Counted from the stretch's first letter, positions 40,065 through 49,631 are shown. The stretch is 64,000 nucleotides of DNA from Vulcanimicrobiota bacterium (GCA_963733295.1 CAVTCS010000003.1:1632001-1696000), one strand, 5' to 3'. Numbers and translations: made by a program. Notes: generated by a model not told the origin, from the sequence alone.

Positions 40065-41542
40065 GCGCCCGGTCTTTCGCGACGCCAGTCCGCCGAGACC
40101 TTCGGATCGTAGCGCCGAACGAGCGGCCCGATGACCTGACGTCGCTGGACGGTGCGGCGAAACAGCCACATCCAGATTCCGGCGAAATTCGCGAGCGTCA
40201 TCAGTTGCCGGTAGCCCACGTGTTCCAAAACCGAAAGCATCAGTAAGCGCACGACGTCGCCCGAGCGGTACAAGCCGAAACAGCGTTGTTCGATCAGAAC
40301 CGAGAGCGCGGACACCGGCAAAGCAAGCGCGAACACGAGGATCAGCAGAACGACTTGCGCCCACAACGCGAGATATCCGAGAAAAAACATGATTCCGGCG
40401 AAGGTCAAGCCTATCGGCACCGCGACCGGCGCCAACCACTCGTAGAAAAAGAGATACGGCAGGCCGGCCCAGCCGATCGCGCCGGCCCCCGGCGCGAAGC
40501 AGAGCCTCCTGTGCAGCGACATCGACTCGCTCAAGTGACGGTGCCAGCCGACGCGCTGCTTCCACAGGGATTCGACCGTCGCGGGAACCATCGTCCAACA
40601 CACGATGAACGGTGTGAAGGCGACGCGATACGGCCGCTGCGCCGCGCGCAGCAAGTGGTGCACGCGAATCGTCATCTCCATGTCTTCCCAGATCGTGTCG
40701 GTCCGAAAGCCGCCGGCTTCGAACACGATGTCCTTGCGGTACATCCCGCATGCCCCAGACACGGTACCCAGCGCGTTGACCGAGGCCCACGAAAAACGCG
40801 CCTCAAAGAAAGCGCGCAAGTACTCCAAGACTTGAAAGGCCGCGACCGTACTGCGCGGGAGGCGCACGTCAGTCAGCACGCCGTCGCGGAGCGTGCAGTC
40901 GTTCGCGACCCCGATCCCGGCGCCGCAAATAACGGTCGTGTCGTCGCGCAGGAACGGTAGCGCGAGATGGTCGAGGGTTTGCGGCACGTAGAATGAGTCG
41001 CCGTCCACGAAGAAGAGCAGCGGGAACTGCGCGTGATTCGTTCCCGCGTTGAGCGCGTCGGCTTTCCCGCCGTTTACCTTGTCGATGACGCTCAACGTGG
41101 GGTGACTCGCCGATCGGTAGACGGCGCGAATCGCTGCAGTCGGGAACGCCGGAACGGCGTTCGATGCTTCGGTAGTTTCGAGCGAGAATGCCGACTGTAG
41201 CAGCTCGAGGGTATCGTCGCTCGAGCCGTCGTTGACGACGATGATTTCGAAGAGCGGATACGTCATCGCCAGCAGAGAGCGAACCGTTGCGATCACGTGC
41301 TCCGATTCGTTGTAGGCCGGAACCACTACGCTGACGCCGAGTGCTTCGCGCGACGTCAGCGTCTGCGTCATCGTTGCTTGCTCGCGCCGAACGGAAGCCG
41401 GGAGCTTGAACAACGCGGTCAAGGCGGTCCAAACGTAAATCGCGTTGACGCCTGCGAAGTAACCCAGCAGCACGATCTCGATCGCCAGGATTACGATCTG
41501 CGTCAAAGGGTCCGTTACCGCGTGCTCGCGGTAAACGAGCAT
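40061..41542 (-). CDS. Processive GT2 glycosyltransferase (PgaC/YaiP-like)
   Basis: VPAYNE, NDGSSD, NGGKADALN, DGD, EDME, QRVGW; TM helices. Confidence 0.92.
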   Translation of the reverse strand: MLVYREHAVTDPLTQIVILAIEIVLLGYFAGVNAIYVWTALTALFKLPASVRREQATMTQTLTSREALGVSVVVPAYNESEHVIATVRSLLAMTYPLFEIIVVNDGSSDDTLELLQSAFSLETTEASNAVPAFPTAAIRAVYRSASHPTLSVIDKVNGGKADALNAGTNHAQFPLLFFVDGDSFYVPQTLDHLALPFLRDDTTVICGAGIGVANDCTLRDGVLTDVRLPRSTVAAFQVLEYLRAFFEARFSWASVNALGTVSGACGMYRKDIVFEAGGFRTDTIWEDMEMTIRVHHLLRAAQRPYRVAFTPFIVCWTMVPATVESLWKQRVGWHRHLSESMSLHRRLCFAPGAGAIGWAGLPYLFFYEWLAPVAVPIGLTFAGIMFFLGYLALWAQVVLLILVFALALPVSALSVLIEQRCFGLYRSGDVVRLLMLSVLEHVGYRQLMTLANFAGIWMWLFRRTVQRRQVIGPLVRRYDPKVSADWRRERPGA

Positions 41543-41543
41543 A

Positions 41544-42056
41544 CTAGACGCCGCCGGGAGAAATTGCCGAAATTGCGCGCAGCGACGTTTGAGCGGCAAG
41601 GGCGACGTCGCGATCGGATGCGGAGGTCAGCGCCTTCAATGCTGCGCTTTCCGATGACTCCCCGAGGTAACCCAGGACGCGCGCGCCGGCGATTTTCCCA
41701 GCCGGATCGCGTCCGTGGAGGAAGCTGCGCGCAATCCGATCGAGCTCGGACTCGTGCGCGATGCGGCGCAGGCGATCACCGTCGGCACCGGACGAACTAT
41801 CCTGCACGAGATCGCACCACATGCAAAGGACCACGAACGCGTCACGCGGGTCCGGCGCGCTCAGAAACCGCGTCGCATCCTTGCCGTCCTCAAGGGCTTC
41901 GCGCCAAGTCGAAAACGTGAGAGCGCGGCGACGAGCCGCGGCTTCGACGGCGCGCTGCACCCACAGCGTTGCCACGATCACGCCCATGCTCGCGAGCAGC
42001 AGCGCGACGCTCAGCCCGAACGCGATTTGAACCAACGGAGCGAGATCAGAAAGCAT
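41544..42056 (-). CDS. Membrane-anchored HEAT-repeat protein
   Basis: N-terminal TM; 'AGARVLGYLG...ALKALTSASDRDVALAA' HEAT-like unit. Confidence 0.65.
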   Translation of the reverse strand: MLSDLAPLVQIAFGLSVALLLASMGVIVATLWVQRAVEAAARRRALTFSTWREALEDGKDATRFLSAPDPRDAFVVLCMWCDLVQDSSSGADGDRLRRIAHESELDRIARSFLHGRDPAGKIAGARVLGYLGESSESAALKALTSASDRDVALAAQTSLRAISAISPGGV

Positions 42057-42858
42057 ATCGTAATCCGAGCCGTAGTCCGGCCGCAGTGAAAAGATTTCCT
42101 TGCTCCCAGGTTTCGACGCCATAGGAGACGGCCAGACCCTTTGCGACCATTGCGTGACCGTACATCGCGACCCCCGCGACGTCCATCACCAGAACCGACG
42201 TCGGTCCCGTGCTTTCGACATCCCGGCCCGCGTAGCCGCTGATCGTCAGATCGCCGCCCCTGGCTTCGTAGGCGGTGGCGCTCAGCGTCTGCGTGATCGC
42301 CGTGCCGGGCGTTCCCGACAGTTGGGCCAGCGAGATGCCGTACGTGAAGCGGTAAATGCCGACGTAACGGTCCAGCAGCAGGTTTTCGATCGAGGCATTG
42401 GTCGTGGTGTAGGTGCGCCGAGTATAGGTTGCTATCGCGCCGTAACCGTCGCCGAACCTCTGCTCGACGTCGAGCGCGCCGACGAAGGAAGGCAGGACGT
42501 TGTGGGTCGGGCTTTCTGCAAGTTCCACGCCGACCAAGGTCTTAGGGGTCACAAAGAAGGCGCCGCCTGCGCCGAATTGGAGATCGTGAAACCCGTACCG
42601 TTCGTCGTCGTTCCAGTACTGGTAATAGGTTGGCCGGCCAAAAAGGCCGTGCTCTTTCGCGAACAAGTACGTCGACGTCCAGTCGGGGTACTTGTTGCTC
42701 AGTTGAGCGACCTCTTGAACGGTGTCGACGGAAACGAGCCACGCCGGACTCGACGTTTGCACCGGCTCGGGCGACTGCTGGGGAAGCGGCGGCGCTTCGG
42801 CGGCCACGCACGGTTCGAGCGAAAGGAGCGCGAACGCGAGAAACGCAGCCAGTCTCAC
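42046..42858 (-). CDS. YaiO-family outer-membrane beta-barrel
   Basis: Signal peptide; LSNKYPDW, SPTHNVLP, C-terminal LGLRYAF. Confidence 0.8.
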   Translation of the reverse strand: MRLAAFLAFALLSLEPCVAAEAPPLPQQSPEPVQTSSPAWLVSVDTVQEVAQLSNKYPDWTSTYLFAKEHGLFGRPTYYQYWNDDERYGFHDLQFGAGGAFFVTPKTLVGVELAESPTHNVLPSFVGALDVEQRFGDGYGAIATYTRRTYTTTNASIENLLLDRYVGIYRFTYGISLAQLSGTPGTAITQTLSATAYEARGGDLTISGYAGRDVESTGPTSVLVMDVAGVAMYGHAMVAKGLAVSYGVETWEQGNLFTAAGLRLGLRYAF

Positions 42859-43829
42859 ACGGCGACCGGTATGCTGCGCTCCGCAATGACTTCGCGCAAA
42901 ACGTCGTCGAGCCCGAAAACCGGCTCGAAACCGATCGCCGCGCGGATTCGCGTGATGTCCGGGACGCGACGCGCAATCTCTTCGAAGTCCTCGCCGTAGA
43001 CCGCCGAGTGAGGAACGTAGCGTATCGGCGAAGACGAGCCGGTCATGGAAATGACTCGCCGCGCCAACTCGTTGATGGTCACCTCCTGGGGATTCCCAAG
43101 ATTGAACACTTGGCCTGCGGTGGAAGGTTCACCGGCTAGGCGAATCAAGGCTCCGACGACGTCGCGGACGTGGCAGAAACAGCGCGTTTGGGCGCCGTCG
43201 CCATACACCGTCAAGGGCTCGCCGCCGAGGGCCTGCGTAACGAACGTCGGGACGACCATCCCGTATCGGCCGCTTTGGCGCGGCCCGACGGTGTTGAATA
43301 AACGAACGACCGTCGTCGGGACGGAGTATTCGCGGTGATTCCCAAGCGCGATGAACTCGTCGAGCGCTTTCGATGCCGCGTAGCTCCAACGGTTTCTGAC
43401 CGGCGACCCAATCGTGATAGGATCCTGTTCGGATGACGGTATCCGCGTCGAAAGACCGTACACTTCGGACGTCGAGGCGAGGATGACCCGCGGACGCGTG
43501 CGGCGCGCGGCGCGAAAGACGCTCTCAGTCCCTTCGACGTTCGTTTCGAGCGTCGCAAGCGAACTTTGCACGACGAGCTTCAACCCGATCCGCGCGGCCA
43601 GGTGCACGATCGTGTCGCAGCCGTCGAGCGCATCGGCGACGAAGCTGTCGTTCCGGACGTCGCCCATGCGGAATTGAAACAACGGTGAGTTTTCGACGGG
43701 CCGAAGGTTATCGAGCAGACCGGTCGAGAGGTCGTCGATCGCAACGACCGCGATGCCTTGGGCAATGCAACGCTCCGCCAAATGCGAGCCGATGAATCCG
43801 GCGCCTCCGGTGATCAGAACCTTTCTCAA
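42855..43829 (-). CDS. NAD-dependent nucleotide-sugar epimerase/dehydratase
   Basis: TGGAGFIGSH, STSEVYG, YAASK, RLFNTVGPRQ. Confidence 0.93.
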   Translation of the reverse strand: MRKVLITGGAGFIGSHLAERCIAQGIAVVAIDDLSTGLLDNLRPVENSPLFQFRMGDVRNDSFVADALDGCDTIVHLAARIGLKLVVQSSLATLETNVEGTESVFRAARRTRPRVILASTSEVYGLSTRIPSSEQDPITIGSPVRNRWSYAASKALDEFIALGNHREYSVPTTVVRLFNTVGPRQSGRYGMVVPTFVTQALGGEPLTVYGDGAQTRCFCHVRDVVGALIRLAGEPSTAGQVFNLGNPQEVTINELARRVISMTGSSSPIRYVPHSAVYGEDFEEIARRVPDITRIRAAIGFEPVFGLDDVLREVIAERSIPVAV

Positions 43830-45220
43830 AGAGCCGCCACGGTGGCATGCTCGTCAACAGGCACGACTCCTCGGGTGTCGACGACCAGGTCGCAAAGCCG
43901 GGCAACGTGCCGATAGTCGACGGTGCCGTGCGCGGTCGCGATGACGACGCAGTCGGCATCCTGCAAGGCGGCGTCGGTGAGTTCGACGCTTCTCAGCGTT
44001 CCATCGCTCAGTTCGACGACCGGCGCGAAAACGTCGTGATAACTGACGACTGCGCCACCGGCGCGCAAGCGTTCCATGACGGTGACCGACGGGCTGCAGC
44101 GAAGGTCCGGCACGTTTCGCTTATACGCCGCACCAAGAACGAGAACCCGCGCACCGCGCAACGTTTTACCGGCAGCTTTTAGCGCGTCGCCTGCCATGCG
44201 CGCGATGTGATCGGGCATCGCGCTGTTGATCTCGTCCGCCAGAGGAATAAAGCGCGATTCAAAGCCGTGACGACTGGCCTTCCACGAAAGGTAGAGCGGA
44301 TCGATCGGCACGCAGTGGCCGCCCGTCCCGGGCCCCGGAGAGAAGGCCATGAAACCGAACGGCTTGGTGCTGGCCGCCTCGATGACCTCGCGTGTGTCGA
44401 TGCCGAGCGTCTCGAAGAGGAGCGCCATCTCGTTCACCAGCGCGATGTTCACCGAACGGAACGTATTCTCCAAAAGCTTCGTCGTCTCGGCAGCGCGCGC
44501 AGTGCTCACGCGATGAACGCAGTCGAAGATCTGCTGGTACAGCGCGGTCGCGACGTCGCCCGACGCTGCGGAGACGCCTCCGACGACCTTCGGGATCTCG
44601 CGGAGTTCGAATTGGGCGTTCGCCGGATCGATGCGTTCGGGTGAAAATGCCAGAAAGAAATCTCGATCGAGCTTGAGACCGCCCTCTTCCATGAGCGGCA
44701 GCAGCAGCTCGTCGGTCGTTCCCGGATAGGTGGTGGATTCGAGCACGATCAACTGGCCGGGACGCAGAAAGCGCGCGATGCTTTGAGCCGCGGCCAGAAT
44801 GTATGAGAGATCGGGCTGTTTGTCCGCGGTCAGAGGCGTAGGTACGCAAATGACGACGCAATCGCACTCGCTCAGCCGCTCGAAGTCGCAGGTTGCGGCG
44901 AACCGGTCTTCTTCAACGAGGCGGCCTAGGATGGCGGCGTCGACGTCACCGATGTGCGTCTCGCCTCGCGACAACGAAGCGACCACGCCGCGATTGAGAT
45001 CGAATCCCAGAGTTGGAAAGACGGCGGCGAATTCGACGGCCAGCGGCAAACCTACGTACCCCAGCCCCACGATGCCGACGCGAGCCTGCTGGGAGCGTAT
45101 CCCCGCGATCAGGATGTCCGCCGGGCGTGCTTTGCTCGTTGCCCGCTCGTTGCGATGGCGTCCCTGCTGCAACAAAGGAAGGTACCCCCTGGCGATCGAT
45201 GCCCGGCACACTTGAGTCAA
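43826..45220 (-). CDS. Nucleotide-sugar dehydrogenase (UDP-GlcNAc/UDP-ManNAc dehydrogenase-like); start uncertain
   Basis: GLGYVGLP, CVPTP, ESTTYPGTT, SPERIDP, GGHCVPIDP. Confidence 0.93.
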   Translation of the reverse strand: MTQVCRASIARGYLPLLQQGRHRNERATSKARPADILIAGIRSQQARVGIVGLGYVGLPLAVEFAAVFPTLGFDLNRGVVASLSRGETHIGDVDAAILGRLVEEDRFAATCDFERLSECDCVVICVPTPLTADKQPDLSYILAAAQSIARFLRPGQLIVLESTTYPGTTDELLLPLMEEGGLKLDRDFFLAFSPERIDPANAQFELREIPKVVGGVSAASGDVATALYQQIFDCVHRVSTARAAETTKLLENTFRSVNIALVNEMALLFETLGIDTREVIEAASTKPFGFMAFSPGPGTGGHCVPIDPLYLSWKASRHGFESRFIPLADEINSAMPDHIARMAGDALKAAGKTLRGARVLVLGAAYKRNVPDLRCSPSVTVMERLRAGGAVVSYHDVFAPVVELSDGTLRSVELTDAALQDADCVVIATAHGTVDYRHVARLCDLVVDTRGVVPVDEHATVAAL

Positions 45221-45411
45221 CGGCCGACTAAAGTCTGTCGCCGCGAAGTGCCCACGCCGGTGCCATACTAGGTTCGGCAGGCCAAAGAGGGCTTGTTAGC
45301 CGGTCACGCCGATTAGCTCGGGGCTCACACTCTGAGTGAGCTGGACCGCTTTTCCCTCACAATGGTTCAGTGCTGGACGAAGTCGCAGGCCCAGCCGGAA
45401 GGGCGTCCTAC

Positions 45412-46257
45412 CTACCGCTGTCCGGCTTCCGCGGAATGATATTTGCGGCGGATGTCGCGCAGGTCGACTCTCGCGGGCGGGAGCTTCAGCTTCATATCGT
45501 CCATCGCGTCGGCCACGACTTTTGAGATCGCGAGGTTGCGAAACCACTTGTGGTCCGCGGGGATGACGAACCAGGGAGCGTGTTTCGTGCTCGTCCGCGA
45601 GAGAGCTTCATCGTAGGCCTCGACGTACTGGGGCCAGAGTTTCCTCTCCGAGTAATCGGATTCGCTAATCTTCCAATTGCGCATCTTGTCGTCGAGCCGC
45701 TGTTTGAACCGCGCGAGCTGCTCCTGCGGGCTGATATGAAGGTAGAACTTCAGAATGCACGTGCCGCTTTCCACCAGCATGCTTTCGAAGTCATTGATCA
45801 GAGCGTAGCGTTTCGACCACACCGATTCCGGGACGAGCCGGTGGACGCGCGCGACCAGAACGTCCTCGTAGTGCGAACGGTTGAAGATAACCACCTCGCC
45901 CTTGCCCGGCGTGTGCTTGTGCACCCGCCACAGAAAATCGTGAGCGAGTTCCTGCGGCGTCGGCTCCTTGAACGCGAAGACCGACGTGCCTTGCGGGTTC
46001 ATTCCGCTAAAGATGTGCCGGACCGTTCCATCCTTGCCGGAAGCATCGAGTCCCTGGAGCACGACCAAAAGCGATCGGCTTGCGTCGGCGTACAACAGGT
46101 ACTGTAGCGCTTCGAGCCGCTCCAGCTGCTCTTGGAGTTCGGGTGAGGCCTCTTTGCGAGAGTCGTGTTTGCCCGTATACGATGGGTCGATCTTCTTCAG
46201 GCGAATTTGGCTGCCGGGTTGGACGCGAAACTTCTCGATGTGCGGTTCCTCGGCTAC
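45412..46257 (-). CDS. Polyphosphate kinase 2 family (class III-like); start uncertain
   Basis: QGLDASGKDG, HDFLWR, FNRSHYEDV, PADHKWFRN. Confidence 0.92.
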   Translation of the reverse strand, partial: VAEEPHIEKFRVQPGSQIRLKKIDPSYTGKHDSRKEASPELQEQLERLEALQYLLYADASRSLLVVLQGLDASGKDGTVRHIFSGMNPQGTSVFAFKEPTPQELAHDFLWRVHKHTPGKGEVVIFNRSHYEDVLVARVHRLVPESVWSKRYALINDFESMLVESGTCILKFYLHISPQEQLARFKQRLDDKMRNWKISESDYSERKLWPQYVEAYDEALSRTSTKHAPWFVIPADHKWFRNLAISKVVADAMDDMKLKLPPARVDLRDIRRKYHSAEAGQR

Positions 46258-46652
46258 GTGGTTGCGAGCACCGGTTGACCGCAAAACTTGCAACGCTTCG
46301 CGCCGGCTGGAATGTCGCTCGCGCATTCCGGACACGGCTTGGTTCCGTGCGCGATGTTGAGCTTACTCATGGCGTGGTTCATCGGAACGACGACCGCAAA
46401 ATAGACCGCCACGGCAACGAGGATGAACGAGATAAGCGCGTTGATGAACGAGCCGATCGGGAAATGCGTGCCGTTGATGTCGAAACCCAGGCCCGAAAAA
46501 TCCGGCTTTCCGACGATGGCGGCGATGAACGGCGTCAGCACGTCCTTGACGAACGATTGAACGACCGCGGTGAATGCGGCACCCATCACGAAAGCGACTG
46601 CGAGATCGATGACGTTACCGCGCAAGAGAAAATCACGAAAACCCTTGAACAT
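46254..46652 (-). CDS. mscL: Large-conductance mechanosensitive channel with C-terminal zinc ribbon
   Basis: FRDFLLRGNVIDLAVAFVMG; C-terminal CPEC..CKFC. Confidence 0.93.
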   Translation of the reverse strand: MFKGFRDFLLRGNVIDLAVAFVMGAAFTAVVQSFVKDVLTPFIAAIVGKPDFSGLGFDINGTHFPIGSFINALISFILVAVAVYFAVVVPMNHAMSKLNIAHGTKPCPECASDIPAGAKRCKFCGQPVLATT

Positions 46653-46791
46653 GATCCCTCCGTCCTAACGAAGTTGCGCTTTTCCTTTACCAAGGCGACC
46701 TCCCCCCTTGCGGGCGCGGAAGGCCATCGCCGGCGGTCCGACCGAACGTCATCCTCCTGATCTGCCGTCAGGGTAAGGAGCGAACGCTCGC

Positions 46792-47172
46792 GTGGCACCT
46801 ATCGTTCGGAAAAGCCGCTATCCGTTCGACGAAACGGTTTCGCGACTTCAGAGCGCGATCTCCGAGTCCGGAAACACGATCTTCATAACGATCGATCAGA
46901 GCGCCGCCGCGGCCGGCGCGGGCCTGTCGCTGCGTCCGACTTCGCTCATGGTCTTCGGCAATCCGAAGGGGGGCACGCTGCTCATGCAAGCCGACCCTCT
47001 CGCGGCGCTGGATCTTCCTTTGAAACTGCTCGTCTGGGAGGAAGCGGGGGCGGTGAGCGTCGCCTACACCCCCGGCTCGGAACTCACCACGCGTTACGCG
47101 CTGAAGGGGCAAGAGGCGCTCGTCGCCTCGGTTGAGCGGAGCCTCGCTGCGCTTTCCGGCGCGGTTGTCTGA
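46792..47172 (+). CDS. DUF302 domain protein
   Basis: IDQSAAA, FGNPKGGTLLM, LDLPLKLLVWE; SD AAGGAG. Confidence 0.9.
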   Translation: MAPIVRKSRYPFDETVSRLQSAISESGNTIFITIDQSAAAAGAGLSLRPTSLMVFGNPKGGTLLMQADPLAALDLPLKLLVWEEAGAVSVAYTPGSELTTRYALKGQEALVASVERSLAALSGAVV

Positions 47173-47179
47173 TCGACGG

Positions 47180-47986
47180 CTACGTCTCTAAGAGCGCTGC
47201 GATCGTGTCGCCGGAGATTGCGGCGGCGGTCGCCGAGAGGTCGCCGCTCCGCAGGGCTTTCGCCGCTGCGTCGAGCGCGCTCATCGCGCAGCGGTAGAGC
47301 GCGCCACCGACGCTGACGCGGCGCACGCCGGCCGCGGAAAGCTCGTTCAGCGATGCGGTTCCGAGTCGAGCACTGAGCAACACGTTCACGGGCTTTGGCG
47401 CGACCGCGCGTACGACGGAGCGCACCGCGGCCATGTCGGGAAGACCAGGCGCGTACAAAACGTCCGCTCCGGCCTCGGCGAACGCAGTTAAGCGACGAAT
47501 CGTGTCGTCGAGATCCGGATTGCCGAGCAAGAAGTTGTCGGTGCGGCCGGTCAGCAGGATCCGGTTTCGCGCCGCCCCAGCCGCAGCGCGGATGCGCTCG
47601 ACAGCCACGTCGAATGCGTGCAGCGGCCGCGCCGGGTCGGCTGTCGTGTCCTCGATTCCGAGCCCGGCCAAACCCGCATCGAGCGCAGCTTGCACCGTGC
47701 GCGCGCAGTCCTCGGGTTCAGGCCCGAAACCATCTTCGAGATCCCCGTTTACGGGAAGGCCGGAAACGTTCGCGAGCAGCGCAGCATTCGCAATCGCCTC
47801 CCCGCGCGAGACGGCGTGGCGGCCGTCTTGCCGGCCGAGTGCGAAAGCGATCGCCAGCGACGTGCTCCCAAGCGCGCGAAATCCGGCGCGCTTGAGAAGC
47901 ACCGCCGACGCACCGTCCCAGGCATTCGGCATGATGAACGCCTCTTGCTCCTGATGCAGCGCTCGGAAAACTTCGTATAAAGACAT
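47180..47986 (-). CDS. Isocitrate lyase/PEP mutase family protein
   Basis: PNAWDGASA, DLEDGFG, IED, AGADVLYAPG, PVNV. Confidence 0.92.
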   Translation of the reverse strand: MSLYEVFRALHQEQEAFIMPNAWDGASAVLLKRAGFRALGSTSLAIAFALGRQDGRHAVSRGEAIANAALLANVSGLPVNGDLEDGFGPEPEDCARTVQAALDAGLAGLGIEDTTADPARPLHAFDVAVERIRAAAGAARNRILLTGRTDNFLLGNPDLDDTIRRLTAFAEAGADVLYAPGLPDMAAVRSVVRAVAPKPVNVLLSARLGTASLNELSAAGVRRVSVGGALYRCAMSALDAAAKALRSGDLSATAAAISGDTIAALLET

Positions 47987-47993
47987 CTGGGAG

Positions 47994-48410
47994 TCAGGCG
48001 TGCGCGGCCGAGGTAACGCGGTCGTTGAATGCCCGGAACATTTCCTCGTATTTTTCTGGGCCGCTCTCCCCCGCGGAGCGCAGGGGCTTGACTCGTTCGA
48101 CGCAGACCTCCGTCACGCCGGGTTGCGACCTCAGAATCCTCATGGTCTCCGCGATGTAGTCCGCGAGCGGCATGGCGTTTGGATCGCTCGCCTGATGTTC
48201 GCCCATCAGGCCCGTCCGCACGGCCGCGTCGTTCATGTCGACGGTCAGAAACTTCATGCCGGGGTGTGCGGCCGCAACGGCTTCGAGCGCCGCCGCGTTT
48301 CGACCCGACACGATCACCCGATTTCCTAGCGCGTGAAACTCGTGGGCCAAGGCGCGACCGATTCCCGAACTACCGCCCGTTATCAGCATCGTATTGCCGG
48401 TTACGCGCAT
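47994..48410 (-). pseudogene. DltE-like SDR with a large in-frame internal deletion
   Basis: N-terminus TGGSSGIG..VDMNDAA joins directly to the C-terminal VRTGLM..AMPLADYI; NNAG and YxxxK are missing. Confidence 0.75.
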
Positions 48411-48586
48411 CGCCGTGCTCCTCGTGACGCGGAAAAGGTTCGCCCGTTTGACTTCATCCGCGGCACTTGGATTCCATTGCTCGAAAGGCGCCGGCCGCTG
48501 CGGCTCCTCACTTAAACAAACGGCAGGAGAGCGTCGGCTTCGGACGTTATCCCCGGAAAAAGCGCGAACCCGGAGGCAGGTTTAGG

Positions 48587-49087
48587 ATGGGTTTTCTACG
48601 CGTCGCGCTCACCGCGCTCATCCTCTACGCGACGATGACGCCCGCCGGAGCCACCGCAACGTGCAGCGGCAGCGTCTATCATCAGCTCGATTTCTTCGTC
48701 GGCGATTGGATCGTTACCGACAAGAACGGCAAGCAGTTCGCAACCGATCGCGTCAGCAAGGAATTCGGCGGCTGCGTCGTCTGGGAACAGTGGTTCGGCG
48801 GCAGCGGCTCGCGGGGAGCCGGATACTCCGGTTACGATGCGGCGCGCCGGCGTTGGGTCCAGACGTTCATGGACAACCGAGGCACGGTGCTAGTCTTTGA
48901 GGGTAATCCCGACGGGTCGACGTTCGTGCTCGAGGGCCCGAGCTATCCGAAGCCGGGCGTTGTGGAACAAAACCGCGTGATCTTCCGGTCACTGCCGCAG
49001 GGCGTCGTCGAAGAGTTCTGGACCACGACCGATGCCGGCGGCAAACCGAAGGTCGTCTTCGACGGATTCTTCCACCGCAGGTCTTAG
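48587..49087 (+). CDS. Secreted beta-barrel-like hypothetical protein
   Basis: Signal peptide; QLDFFVGDW, GGCVVWEQW, WVQTFMDNRG, VFDG. Confidence 0.75.
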   Translation: MGFLRVALTALILYATMTPAGATATCSGSVYHQLDFFVGDWIVTDKNGKQFATDRVSKEFGGCVVWEQWFGGSGSRGAGYSGYDAARRRWVQTFMDNRGTVLVFEGNPDGSTFVLEGPSYPKPGVVEQNRVIFRSLPQGVVEEFWTTTDAGGKPKVVFDGFFHRRS

Positions 49088-49100
49088 CGCGAGCGCTGCG

Positions 49101-49631
49101 CTACGGGGACGACCCTGCGTGCGCTGCTTGAATGGCCGGGATGAGCGCGACCGCGTCGGCGTGCATCCGGCTCGAGTTCGTCCGATAGACTGAGGGCAGC
49201 ACTTCGTTCGGCTGCTGCGTATACTTTACGAGTGCCGAGGAAATCTCTTTCGCAAAAGTTGCGTCGTGGAGCGCTTGTTTCGGTGGTTCCTGGCGGGCTG
49301 CGATCAACGAGGCTGCGGCTGCTGCGAAGTAGGCGGAATTCTGTAGGCCGACGTGGTGTTTGGCCCAATTCGTATTCGTGCAATCCAGCATCGCCTTTAT
49401 CGTCTTTTGCATCGTGGCCACATCGGTCGAAGGTTTAAAACGCAGGTCCTTCACGGTTTGCGAAGCGTCGGGACAATTCTGCGGAAACGGAATGTTGTAG
49501 ATCCAGCGCAGAAGCTCGTCGCTCGAAACGTTCTGCTGAGCGGCATAACGTGACGTCGTTGCAAGGGCCGGCGATAGTTGCAAAACGACGAGAAGCGCCG
49601 CCAAGATTGCCGGGAAACGCGAAAAGCGCAC
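49101..49631 (-). CDS. Secreted hypothetical protein
   Basis: SD AGGAGG, GTG start, signal peptide, two Cys. Confidence 0.65.
   Translation of the reverse strand: MRFSRFPAILAALLVVLQLSPALATTSRYAAQQNVSSDELLRWIYNIPFPQNCPDASQTVKDLRFKPSTDVATMQKTIKAMLDCTNTNWAKHHVGLQNSAYFAAAAASLIAARQEPPKQALHDATFAKEISSALVKYTQQPNEVLPSVYRTNSSRMHADAVALIPAIQAAHAGSSP

Noticed and set aside
39267..40790. N-terminal extensions of the cytochrome ORF, and likewise 30664-32001 and 51052-52464
   Set aside because: The extensions overlap other clear genes; signal peptides or family motifs mark later starts.
45280..45400. Known c-di-GMP or c-di-AMP riboswitch upstream of the polysaccharide operon
   Set aside because: Only fragmentary resemblance by eye; the core consensus motifs were not found.
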